From UHGV virus genome UHGV-0077157: 10,542 nucleotides of DNA; one strand, 5' to 3'. This document shows, one piece after another, positions 1 to 7,342 of this stretch (position 1 is its first letter; each line of letters begins with the position of its first letter). Under the pieces are notes generated by a model. The model worked only from the letters and a program-made list of their open reading frames with translations. It searched no databases and had not been told where the DNA came from. The position numbers were made by a program, and so were the translations under genes. Source of the DNA: a virus.

Positions 1-88
1 ATTATGAGTCGCTCGCTCTCACCACTGAGCTAAAGGGCCGGGAGCAGAATAATAATGGTGCGTAATTAATTCTGCAATCTCATCCGTT

Positions 89-1138
89 TCAAACGATTAA
101 ATCCTGAACTTCCCTGACTGTCTGTTCAAAACGTCCTGTCTCCAGCTCAACACCAATCGCACAACGCCCCAGTGCCATCGCCGCTTTTACCGTTGAACCT
201 GAACCCATAAAAAAATCTGCAACCAGGTCTCCCGGACGACTGCTCGCGTTGATTATCTGCTGCAGCATTTCTGCCGGTTTTTCGCACGGATGTTTCCCTG
301 GATAGTACTGCACCGGTTTATGCGTCCAGACATCGGTGTACGGAACCTGCGCCGTCACACCGAAATACCGCCGCAAATTTTTATATTCACTCAGCAGTTC
401 CGTATACTGCCGGTTCAGCTCACTGTATGTGCTGACCAGCTGGTGGTGTGGCTTTTCCAGTTCCCCGCGCTGATGTTTTTCTGCCGCAACACGCGCAAAC
501 AACGCCTGCAATTTATTGTAATCACCCTCGTTCGGTAACTGCCACTGACTGGCACCAAACCAGTGCGAAGCCATGTTTTTCTTTCCGGTGGCTTCCGCTA
601 TCTGTTTTGACGTTATTCCCAGTGATTTACGCGCATCACGAAAGTAAGAAATCAGCGGGGCCATGACGTGCTGTTTTAGCTCGCGCCCCTGCTCCACATA
701 GCCATCATCTTTCGGGCGATACGGTCCCTGATAATGTTCTGCAAACAGAATGCGCTCTGTTGCCGGAAAATACGCCCGCAGACTTTCCTTATTGCACCCG
801 TTCCAGCGTCCGGACGGCTTCGCCCAGATAATGTGGTTCAGCACATTAAAGCGCTCACGCATCATGATTTCGGTGTCAGATGCCAGGCGATGACCACAGA
901 ACAGGTAAAGACTTCCGGCAGGCTTCAGTACCCGCCAGAACTGCGCCAGACACTGGTCCAGCCATTTCAGGTAATCATCGTCGCCCTCCCACTGGTTATC
1001 CCAGCCCTCGGGCTTCACTTTAAAGTATGGCGGGTCTGTGACTATCAGATCGACAGAATTTTCCGGTAAGGTCTGGATAAATTCCAGGCAATCAGCGTTG
1101 ATTAACTCACAACTGGATATTTTTACAGTATTGGCCAT
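89..1138 (-). CDS. DNA methyltransferase, beta-class (N6-adenine or N4-cytosine), phage-type orphan MTase
   Basis: 349-aa ORF. Catalytic DPPY motif near the N-terminus (LIVTDPPY) and AdoMet-binding FxGxG-like motif near the C-terminus (DFFMGSGST), i.e. motif IV before motif I as in beta-class amino-MTases. No restriction endonuclease partner visible in the window; only 88 bp remain downstream. Confidence 0.85.
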   Translation of the reverse strand: MANTVKISSCELINADCLEFIQTLPENSVDLIVTDPPYFKVKPEGWDNQWEGDDDYLKWLDQCLAQFWRVLKPAGSLYLFCGHRLASDTEIMMRERFNVLNHIIWAKPSGRWNGCNKESLRAYFPATERILFAEHYQGPYRPKDDGYVEQGRELKQHVMAPLISYFRDARKSLGITSKQIAEATGKKNMASHWFGASQWQLPNEGDYNKLQALFARVAAEKHQRGELEKPHHQLVSTYSELNRQYTELLSEYKNLRRYFGVTAQVPYTDVWTHKPVQYYPGKHPCEKPAEMLQQIINASSRPGDLVADFFMGSGSTVKAAMALGRCAIGVELETGRFEQTVREVQDLIV

Positions 1139-1277
1139 AGATCAATAAGCACTTCTCTGATAGGCTCATACCGCTTTTGCGCAAAGCAGATGGGCCTGAG
1201 GTTTGCTTGTGACCCCAACGCATGAGCAGATGGCTGGCAGGTGCCGCTAACACCCACCAGCCGCCCATTACCACAAA

Positions 1278-1304
1278 TTAAAAAGCCTTCACTGCGGAAG
1301 GCGT
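1278..1304 (-). terminator. Putative intrinsic terminator after the small winged-helix gene
   Basis: Minus-strand RNA forms GCCTTC-CGCAGT-GAAGGC hairpin (plus 1285..1302) followed by TTTTTAATTT. The TGA stop of the upstream ORF lies inside the hairpin. Confidence 0.4.
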
Positions 1305-1486
1305 CTGTAACAACCGAACTGATAATCTGCCAGACCCGCCATAACAAGCTGGGTCAGGATTAACTGGCAGCGTTCGCGTGAAAGGTAAGTATTCTGCGCA
1401 ATTTCCCCGACGGTCGCCGGTTCGGTGACGCTTAATTCATTAAACACCACTCTGGCGGTTTCGGTCATATCCAGCTGTTTTAGCAT
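1289..1486 (-). CDS. Small (65 aa) putative winged-helix DNA-binding protein, function unknown
   Basis: The 106-aa ORF is trimmed to the internal ATG at 1486, which has an AAGGG Shine-Dalgarno about 8 nt upstream; the ATG at 1609 directly abuts the terminator U-tract and has no RBS. Sequence MLKQLDMTETARVVFNELSVTEPATVGEIAQNTYLSRERCQLILTQLVMAGLADY resembles small wHTH regulators (FaeA/PapI-like or MarR-like pattern). Bracketed by terminators on both sides. Confidence 0.45.
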   Translation of the reverse strand: MLKQLDMTETARVVFNELSVTEPATVGEIAQNTYLSRERCQLILTQLVMAGLADYQFGCYRRLPQ

Positions 1487-1607
1487 GCCTTTTTCCCTTT
1501 TCCGGTTAACGTGACATACCAATACCTCTTGTCGAAAAAGCCAGCAAGCTGAAAGACCAGTATTCACAACAACCAGCGCGTTTAATGTTCTGTGCCGTTT
1601 TTCAGGC

Positions 1608-1636
1608 ATAAAAAAACCCGCATAAAGCGGGTTCTT
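1608..1636 (-). terminator. Strong rho-independent terminator downstream of the Q-like gene (tR'-like)
   Basis: Minus-strand RNA: ACCCGC-UUUAU-GCGGGU hairpin followed by a 7-U tract (reverse complement of plus 1610..1633). Lies about 165-190 nt downstream of the Q-like stop codon, matching the PR'-tR' spacing of the lambda late leader. Confidence 0.6.
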
Positions 1637-1798
1637 TCAGGTGTCCATGTCTGCTATTCGCCTCGCGGTACAGCTTTGCGAAGCGTAGCTGGATTGAAAC
1701 AGTTTATGGCTAAAAATACAAGCTTTTTTTCTAAAACTGCACAAACCTTACTACCAGCCAAAAATCCTCTTCGTGCAACAACAAACGCCCTCCAGATT
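1637..1798 (-). promoter_or_regulatory. Inferred late promoter / Q-utilisation (PR'/qut-like) region and short late leader
   Basis: Non-coding 160-bp interval between the Q-like stop and the terminator, assigned by synteny with lambda Q-PR'-tR'. No near-consensus -35/-10 pair could be placed with confidence. Confidence 0.3.
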
Positions 1799-2353
1799 CT
1801 AAGCGTCAGTAAAAGAAAATGCATCTCGCATCAGTGGATACAGAATAAACTCAGCTATTCTCAGCCACATATCTATACGATTGCGGCATGTTGCATAGCA
1901 CCACTCAGGGTGAACCTCATTCAACAATTCAGCCATTTTGCGTTTACTCATCCCCCGCCCTTCGTACCTTTGCCGCAGGATATCAATCAATCCAGGATAA
2001 CGTGCAAGCGCTTTACTTATCACCCCATCAATGCGTAACGCCTCTGCATCAGTACAGTGAGACAACCAGCTCTTCTGTCTGCCAGCGATCATCTCTCGCA
2101 AGAATGCTTCCAGCTCTGGTTTATCAATCCCTGACTCCCTGATTCTACGCAGGGCTTCATTGACCGCGGTTTTTGTCAGTTTTTTGGATGCCAGCAACTG
2201 ATTGAACATATTTCCTGGTTTGCCACCACCTATATACGACCAACGCCCCCACATCCGTAATTTCCCCTGGATCCAGACGGCTTCCAGCGTTTTTAGACGT
2301 AAATGCTCGCCGCTTTTGCCTGTAATTTCCGGGTATATCATATTTACGATCAC
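1799..2353 (-). CDS. Putative late-gene antiterminator (Q-like), assigned mainly by position
   Basis: 184-aa ORF immediately after rusA and immediately before a promoter-proximal terminator, the canonical Q position. GTG start at 2353 overlaps the rusA stop (GTGA); alternative ATG at 2341. No recognisable motif beyond synteny. Confidence 0.5.
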   Translation of the reverse strand: MIVNMIYPEITGKSGEHLRLKTLEAVWIQGKLRMWGRWSYIGGGKPGNMFNQLLASKKLTKTAVNEALRRIRESGIDKPELEAFLREMIAGRQKSWLSHCTDAEALRIDGVISKALARYPGLIDILRQRYEGRGMSKRKMAELLNEVHPEWCYATCRNRIDMWLRIAEFILYPLMRDAFSFTDA

Positions 2354-2709
2354 TCACTCTCAATTTTGTAAATCTTCACGCCCAGCCGCCCCCCAGGAAC
2401 GAGCTGACCGCGCACAATATTAATTTCATCAAACTGCTCGTCGTCTATGAGAAGTCCGGCATGCGTCAGCGCATCCAGTGGTGCTTTCAGGATATTGTCC
2501 AGGTCACGACGACGCTTATCCGGTGGCTCTGCAATAATCTTTATCGCCAGCCGTCCGGACAGGTTTAATTTCAGCCGCTGCTCGCGAACAATTAGCGCCA
2601 CATCCCGGCGATAACGCTCACCGGCTTTTGATACAAAATATGTGTTGTCACGACGTCGCCAGTAGGTGTTCACCGTTGGCGGGTAAGGCAAAACAAACTC
2701 TATACGCAT
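2350..2709 (-). CDS. rusA: Crossover junction endodeoxyribonuclease RusA (Holliday junction resolvase)
   Basis: 119 aa, N-terminus MRIEFVLPYPPTVNTYWRRR and acidic catalytic region PDKRRRDLDNILKAPLDALTHAGLLIDDEQ align with the RusA pattern (LPWPPS.N.YY ... PDRRRRDLDNL.KA.FDALT). AAGAGGT RBS 5 nt before the ATG. Confidence 0.9.
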   Translation of the reverse strand: MRIEFVLPYPPTVNTYWRRRDNTYFVSKAGERYRRDVALIVREQRLKLNLSGRLAIKIIAEPPDKRRRDLDNILKAPLDALTHAGLLIDDEQFDEINIVRGQLVPGGRLGVKIYKIESE

Positions 2710-2721
2710 CAGTAACCTCTT

Positions 2722-3717
2722 TTACCCAAGCACGCCGGTTGCAAAGGCGTGATCAAGAAAATGAAAAATTAAATCAACCTGGGAACCATGCTTTTCTTCG
2801 AATGCCAGCGGATCCGCATGAAGCTCGTTGTGATGCTCCCGACACAGCGGTAGTGTGAAAATATCGTGGGATTTTGTTCCCATTCCACCCTGACCGTGGC
2901 CTATCAGGTGGTGGGCATCATCAGCAGGCTTTCCGCAACATGCGCACGGCTGCGTCTTAACCCAGCGCGTGTACTTTTCATTAACCCAGCGGCGACGTTT
3001 TGGGCGTAACATAAAAGACTCCGGCGACTCCGGATCCACTTTCAGCGCCAGCACCTTTTTCGCCTTATCCTGGATGATGCTGGTGGCAGTAACCGAAGGC
3101 ACAAGGTCACTTTCCCGGGTAACAGACGGCACAACAGGCTTCGGTAATCTCAGTGCCTTACGGGCTGCACTTTCCGATAAGGCATCCGCCAGATCATTAC
3201 GAATCAGCCACCAGCACAGTTCAGGCATTGTCACAACGTGACTGTCGTCAAAACCGAGCTCCCGACGCACAACAGACAACACCCAGCGGGCACAGTTATC
3301 CGTTGCCATTGATTCCAGCCGTTCCGTGAACTGATCACGCAGCTGGTTATCGCAGTGCCAGCACAGACGGATTGCGCCCGGAGCGTGTCGCATTGTGGTC
3401 ATGTTCTCGCTGTGCCAGTTGGAATGAGGCCACTGACAGCCCTTTTCACGAAGTAACCAGCTTTCAAGACATTCCACGCCACCAGCACGACGGATCACTG
3501 CCTCATTGCGGAACACGGCCCGAACGGCAGGATCATCCGCCAGCGGTTGTGATGCCGCCGGAACGGCACCACTGGCGAAAGATGAATAACGTTCCGGCTC
3601 AGGCTCCAGCAGGACACGCCCCTGCATAAACAGGGGCATCAGCTCTGAACCAGGCCTGAACAATACGATCCCCATACGCGGGGCAATTTCAGGGGTCAGT
3701 AGTGCTCTCACGGTCAC
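2722..3717 (-). CDS. Nin-region protein with C-terminal HNH/zinc-finger-like motif (DUF968/YdfU-like, putative nuclease)
   Basis: 331-aa ORF with C-terminal Cys/His cluster CACCGKPADDAHHLIGHGQGGMGTKSHDIFTLPLCREHHNELH (CxxC...HH...C..HH..H). Position between replication genes and rusA matches lambdoid nin-region DUF968 proteins. Start codon uncertain (GTG at 3717). Confidence 0.6.
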   Translation of the reverse strand: MTVRALLTPEIAPRMGIVLFRPGSELMPLFMQGRVLLEPEPERYSSFASGAVPAASQPLADDPAVRAVFRNEAVIRRAGGVECLESWLLREKGCQWPHSNWHSENMTTMRHAPGAIRLCWHCDNQLRDQFTERLESMATDNCARWVLSVVRRELGFDDSHVVTMPELCWWLIRNDLADALSESAARKALRLPKPVVPSVTRESDLVPSVTATSIIQDKAKKVLALKVDPESPESFMLRPKRRRWVNEKYTRWVKTQPCACCGKPADDAHHLIGHGQGGMGTKSHDIFTLPLCREHHNELHADPLAFEEKHGSQVDLIFHFLDHAFATGVLG

Positions 3718-3762
3718 CTCAGCGAACGGTATTGCATGAACGCAGAAGAAAAAATTCAGCCA

Positions 3763-4020
3763 TCACGCAGTAAACTCCTTCACCAGTATTTCAAACTGGC
3801 TTACCTGGCCTTCCAGTTCCGCCACGCAATCCACCAGCTCATCCACCGCCTTTTGTGTGCGGTGTTTTGCCAGCAGCAGATCACGCAGCGCCGGAGTAAG
3901 CTGCTTGCGGAGCGTATCCTTTGCCACGCTCGTTTTTTCCATCTGTTCAGCACAACGAAGCATCTCCTGCGCCTGCCGACGAAGTTGTTCCGGTGAAACA
4001 GTGGTTGTTCTGTTATTCAA
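3763..4020 (-). CDS. Hypothetical small coiled-coil protein (85 aa)
   Basis: ORF with TTG start overlapping the helicase stop (TTGA) and a GGAG 8 nt upstream. Charged, helix-prone sequence (QLRRQAQEMLRCAEQMEKT...ELVDCVAELEGQVSQFEILVKEF). No homolog recognised. Confidence 0.45.
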   Translation of the reverse strand: MNNRTTTVSPEQLRRQAQEMLRCAEQMEKTSVAKDTLRKQLTPALRDLLLAKHRTQKAVDELVDCVAELEGQVSQFEILVKEFTA

Positions 4021-5408
4021 AATAAACGCTCCGTTTTACTGCCCGACATGCGGTTATTGCTGTATCTGCGCGGATTGCCCGGCGTCATGGGTGTGGAAAG
4101 AACCCGGGCACTCTCCTGGTCCACTGGCAGAAAATGTCCGTTATGAAAACGCCGGTAAATGGTCCCGAGCGTGCCATTACGCTGTTTCGTGATGTTGATT
4201 TCTGCTATGCCTCCGGCCTGCGTTTCCGGGTTGTATACCTCATCCCTGTAAAGCATCAGAATGATGTCGGCATCCGCCTCGATTTCCCCGGAGTTTTTCA
4301 GGTCCGAGTTCATGGGGCGTTTATTGGGTCTGGATTCCACGCCGCGGGAGAGCTGGCTCAGAGCAATCAGCGGAAAACCGCCGGATTTTGCCAGGCTTTT
4401 AAGTCCCTTTGAGATTTCCCCCACCGCAAGGTCGTGACGCCCCGTGCTGCGGGTTTTAATCAGGCCGAGGTAATCGACCACCACCAGCGCCGTTTCCGGG
4501 TGTTTGATCCGGTGGTGCTTCGTGGTTGCACATATCTCATCAATGGTCAGGTTTGCCTGGTCCACCATCCAGATATTACGCCCCGTCATTCGTCCCACAC
4601 CCTGTGAGAAGCGTGCCCAGTCTTCGTCTTCAAAACGGGCAACAGACTTAAGACGGGATACCGGCATTCCACCGGCAGCAGACACCATACGTTCACCAAT
4701 CTGGATGTTCGCCATCTCCATGGTGAACAGAAGCACGCCATGCCCCTGCTCAGTCACCTTGTCGATGATGTCCAGCGCCAGTTCGGTTTTCCCCATCGAA
4801 GGACGGGCAGCAATGAATACCAGGTCGCCAGGCTCCATCCCCCCTGTTTTTGCGTCCAGTTCATCAATACCGGTCATCAGCGTTCTGGATTTCTCCAGTC
4901 CCTGATTCCGGCATTCAACACGGTCGACCACTTCCGGAAGTACATCATCAATGTGAACAGGCTGAATGACGCCCTTTTCCATCGACAATGAGGCCATCAT
5001 GTTTTGAGCATCCTTCAGAGCATCTTCAGCTGCTTCACAGGTATGCGCATCACGTAATTTCTGCAGCGCCTCATTCAGTGTTTTTTCTGCATCACGCAAT
5101 GCGGCATTGCGCCGCAGCGCTGCAACATAGTGCTCCAGTGACGACTTCACCCAGGTTTTGCGCCCGGTATCAGTAATCACCGGGGCAAGTTCCGGCATCT
5201 CATTGCACAGCAGCACAGGATCAATCGCACCTGAAACACGGGCCTGTCTGCAGATGCCTGTGTAGATATCCCGATACGCTCGTACAGAAAAAACGTCCGC
5301 CGGTAGTGTGGCCAGAATATCCATCACTTCATGATCTGCCCCTCGCAGAAAAAACGCGCCAATGACAGCGCCTTCCAGGTCATCGTTACGCCAGACAGGA
5401 GAAGTCAT
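4017..5408 (-). CDS. Replicative DNA helicase, DnaB family
   Basis: 463 aa. Walker A ARPSMGKTELALD, Walker B VVVDYLGLI, and DnaB signature stretches ALSQLSRGVESRPNKRP and DLKNSGEIEADADIILMLYRDEVY. AGAGGTG RBS; ATG overlaps the upstream stop (ATGA). Confidence 0.9.
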   Translation of the reverse strand: MTSPVWRNDDLEGAVIGAFFLRGADHEVMDILATLPADVFSVRAYRDIYTGICRQARVSGAIDPVLLCNEMPELAPVITDTGRKTWVKSSLEHYVAALRRNAALRDAEKTLNEALQKLRDAHTCEAAEDALKDAQNMMASLSMEKGVIQPVHIDDVLPEVVDRVECRNQGLEKSRTLMTGIDELDAKTGGMEPGDLVFIAARPSMGKTELALDIIDKVTEQGHGVLLFTMEMANIQIGERMVSAAGGMPVSRLKSVARFEDEDWARFSQGVGRMTGRNIWMVDQANLTIDEICATTKHHRIKHPETALVVVDYLGLIKTRSTGRHDLAVGEISKGLKSLAKSGGFPLIALSQLSRGVESRPNKRPMNSDLKNSGEIEADADIILMLYRDEVYNPETQAGGIAEINITKQRNGTLGTIYRRFHNGHFLPVDQESARVLSTPMTPGNPRRYSNNRMSGSKTERLF

Positions 5409-6283
5409 GCAGCCACACCTCTGATACGAGAACGATAGCTGGGCCAGTTAAACGACAACCAGTTGCGTCCCCCGTCTGTGATCCTGTCGGCAATGCGGGG
5501 GCTGATGAATGCCCACAACTCTTCCGGTGAAAGGTTGCTGATCAGGATGGTGGGCAGGATGCTTTCGTACCGGGCATTGATAATTTCCTGCAAAATAGCC
5601 ATTTCAGCCGCGCTGCCAAACTGAACGCCGACTTCGTCGATGATCAGCAAATCCATTGACGCATAATGCTCAATAACTTCATCCGCTGTTTTTTCGCTGT
5701 CATTTCGCCAGCAGTTTTTCACAGCACGGGTAAGGCGCATCACATCAGTAATCTCCACACTAGCCAGATGGTTACGGATGATGTGTTTTGCCATAGCCAC
5801 AGCCAGATGATTTTTTCCAGTACCACAACTGCCTGTCAGAACAAGACTGGTACCGTTAGCCAGAACATCCTCCCAGCTCTCCGCATAGCGGCGGCAGGCA
5901 GCAAGATTTCTGGCTGCATCAGAGTTAATCTCCTGATAGTTTTCAAACTCACAGTCGCGAAACCTACAGGCAACACCAGCATTCTCAATCAGCACATCAG
6001 CTTTCATTGCAACCAGAGTCCGATGTGTCACATCCATTTCATCCACCAGACACTCCGGACAGCGGGAAATTTTTGAGGCAGCGCCCCCCTGCCGATCATC
6101 CCACACCAGTATATGCGTACGATATTTACCGTGTTTTTCGCAGCATCCAACTCCTTCAGATTCCCGACAGGCACGGTAAGGCCATGGCTTTTCGCCATTC
6201 TGAGCAAATGCAATCTCTGCCCGTAACTCATCCATTCGCGCCTGTAGTCTTGTTTGTTTCTCACGTTGGTCAATCGTCATCAT
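5405..6283 (-). CDS. DnaC/IstB-like AAA+ helicase loader with N-terminal Cys-rich (zinc-ribbon-like) region
   Basis: Walker A LTGSCGTGKNHLAVAMA, Walker B DLLIIDEVG. N-terminal CCEKHGKYRTH...CPEC cysteine cluster. Start placed at ATG 6283 (GAGGTG 6 nt upstream); the ORF track extends to GTG 6292. Confidence 0.85.
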   Translation of the reverse strand: MMTIDQREKQTRLQARMDELRAEIAFAQNGEKPWPYRACRESEGVGCCEKHGKYRTHILVWDDRQGGAASKISRCPECLVDEMDVTHRTLVAMKADVLIENAGVACRFRDCEFENYQEINSDAARNLAACRRYAESWEDVLANGTSLVLTGSCGTGKNHLAVAMAKHIIRNHLASVEITDVMRLTRAVKNCWRNDSEKTADEVIEHYASMDLLIIDEVGVQFGSAAEMAILQEIINARYESILPTILISNLSPEELWAFISPRIADRITDGGRNWLSFNWPSYRSRIRGVAA

Positions 6284-6293
6284 CGCTGTCACC

Positions 6294-7118
6294 TCAGAAT
6301 GTCAATTTGTTACTGGATTTACCGTATTTGTCAGACATGGCTCCCAGGCCAGCCAGGACATCGACCTGTCGCTGTCGCCCACCTCCGTGAGCGGCTGGCT
6401 GTTGCCAGTAATCTTCGAAGTGACGATCGGGTCCAAAGAACGTCGCAGCCTGCTTCACGAACTGTGTGCCGGTATTTCCTGTAGCGCGTACCCAGGCGGC
6501 ATACCGCTTCACGCCATCAAGCATGGTCTCCGGTTTTATTCCCTCCCTGATACGGGCTTTCCAGGCTTTGAAGGCTGCTGACTTGGAATTGCCACCAGCA
6601 CGTTTGGGATATTCCTGCCAGGCCTGTTCAAATTCCGGTGAATATTCCTGTCGGGCGGAACGCGCTGGTGCAGACGCGTCAGCGGATGCGCCAATAGTTG
6701 ATTCATTGACTGGTTCTTTGACTGGTTCAAAAGAGTGACTGGTTCTGGGTGAATCTCCTGCACCACCCCCTGGTGCAACTCCTGCACCACCTGGTGAATT
6801 TGCTGCACTAGGTAGTGAATTATTTGCACTACCACCTGGTGAATCTTTTGCACCATCAAGACGAAGAAGATAAATATTGCTCGAGTTCCCTTTTTCACCT
6901 TTCCGGGAAACTTTTTTTACCAGTCCGGATTCACAAAGAGCCGTAATATGATTCATCACAGAACGTTTGCTAATCTCGCACTGATCAGCAATATGCTGAT
7001 AGCTGGGCCAGCACTCGCCCTGATCGCTGGCATTATCAGCCAGCTTAATCAGAACCAGTTTTCGCAACGGATTTCCTACGCGAATTTTCATCGCTTTCAC
7101 CATCAGCTCCATGCTCAT
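6294..7118 (-). CDS. Replication initiation protein (lambda O-like / YdaU-like) with N-terminal wHTH and a repeat-encoded linker
   Basis: 274 aa. N-terminal winged-helix segment typical of phage initiators (LRKLVLIKLADNASDQGECWPSYQHIADQCEISKRSVMNHITALCESGLVKK). Central low-complexity linker (SPGGSANNSLPSAANSPGGAGVAPGGGAGDSP) encoded by the iteron repeats. Sits directly upstream of the loader and helicase. Confidence 0.75.
   Translation of the reverse strand: MSMELMVKAMKIRVGNPLRKLVLIKLADNASDQGECWPSYQHIADQCEISKRSVMNHITALCESGLVKKVSRKGEKGNSSNIYLLRLDGAKDSPGGSANNSLPSAANSPGGAGVAPGGGAGDSPRTSHSFEPVKEPVNESTIGASADASAPARSARQEYSPEFEQAWQEYPKRAGGNSKSAAFKAWKARIREGIKPETMLDGVKRYAAWVRATGNTGTQFVKQAATFFGPDRHFEDYWQQPAAHGGGRQRQVDVLAGLGAMSDKYGKSSNKLTF
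6745..6858. repeat. Five tandem ~22-23 bp direct repeats (iteron-like; candidate phage replication origin) inside the initiator gene
   Basis: Plus-strand copies at 6745-6767, 6768-6790, 6791-6812, 6813-6836, 6837-6858 with core CTGGTGAAT-n-CTGCACCAC. Preceded by three GACTGGTTC 9-mers (6708-6716, 6720-6728, 6737-6745) and followed by a moderately AT-rich stretch (6859-6885). Analogous to ori-lambda iterons inside the O gene. Confidence 0.5.
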
Positions 7119-7342
7119 AGAACACCTCCCTGGCGTTTAAACATTTTTCCGGACTGAAACGCCACCAGCGGGTAACTCAGGGTATAAGTACGCCCCTGCA
7201 CCTGGCAGACAACCTTCTGACTTTCTGCATTGACCAGACAAACCCGCAGAACGTGACCGTTGCTGGTGGCAAACCACTGCCCCACGCGGGGGGGGCAACA
7301 GTTGTATCGGTGATACAGGGAATTAACGACGCGGCGAATCAT
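7115..7342 (-). CDS. Hypothetical small Cys-containing protein (75 aa)
   Basis: Start at ATG 7342 with GGAGGTG RBS; ATGA overlap with the upstream gene and ATGA overlap with the initiator start, so embedded in the coupled operon. No homolog recognised. Confidence 0.5.
   Translation of the reverse strand: MIRRVVNSLYHRYNCCPPRVGQWFATSNGHVLRVCLVNAESQKVVCQVQGRTYTLSYPLVAFQSGKMFKRQGGVL

Noticed and set aside
290-1069. Plus-strand ORFs 290..538, 448..666 and 734..1069
   Set aside because: They lie entirely antisense within the well-supported methyltransferase gene, with no RBS and no motifs; the usual shadow ORFs.
1123-1347. Minus-strand 74-aa ORF
   Set aside because: Overlaps both the proposed terminator and the MTase start in another frame, has no RBS, and its start is internal to the small wHTH gene; likely spurious.
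1486-1609. Full-length 106-aa version of the small winged-helix ORF starting at ATG 1609
   Set aside because: That ATG directly follows the terminator U-tract with no RBS, whereas the internal ATG at 1486 has an AAGGG Shine-Dalgarno; the shorter form is preferred.
1592-2142. Plus-strand ORFs 1592..2038 and 1888..2142
   Set aside because: Antisense to the Q-like gene and the tR' region; the operon context and coupling favour the minus-strand gene.
6745-6858. Possible CRISPR array
   Set aside because: The repeats are directly adjacent with no unique spacers, lie inside a coding sequence, and there are no cas genes; iterons are the better explanation.
6536-6898. Minus-strand 120-aa ORF with HQVVQ-type repeats
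   Set aside because: Alternative frame through the iteron repeats; its repetitiveness is an artefact of the DNA repeats and it overlaps the better-supported initiator frame.
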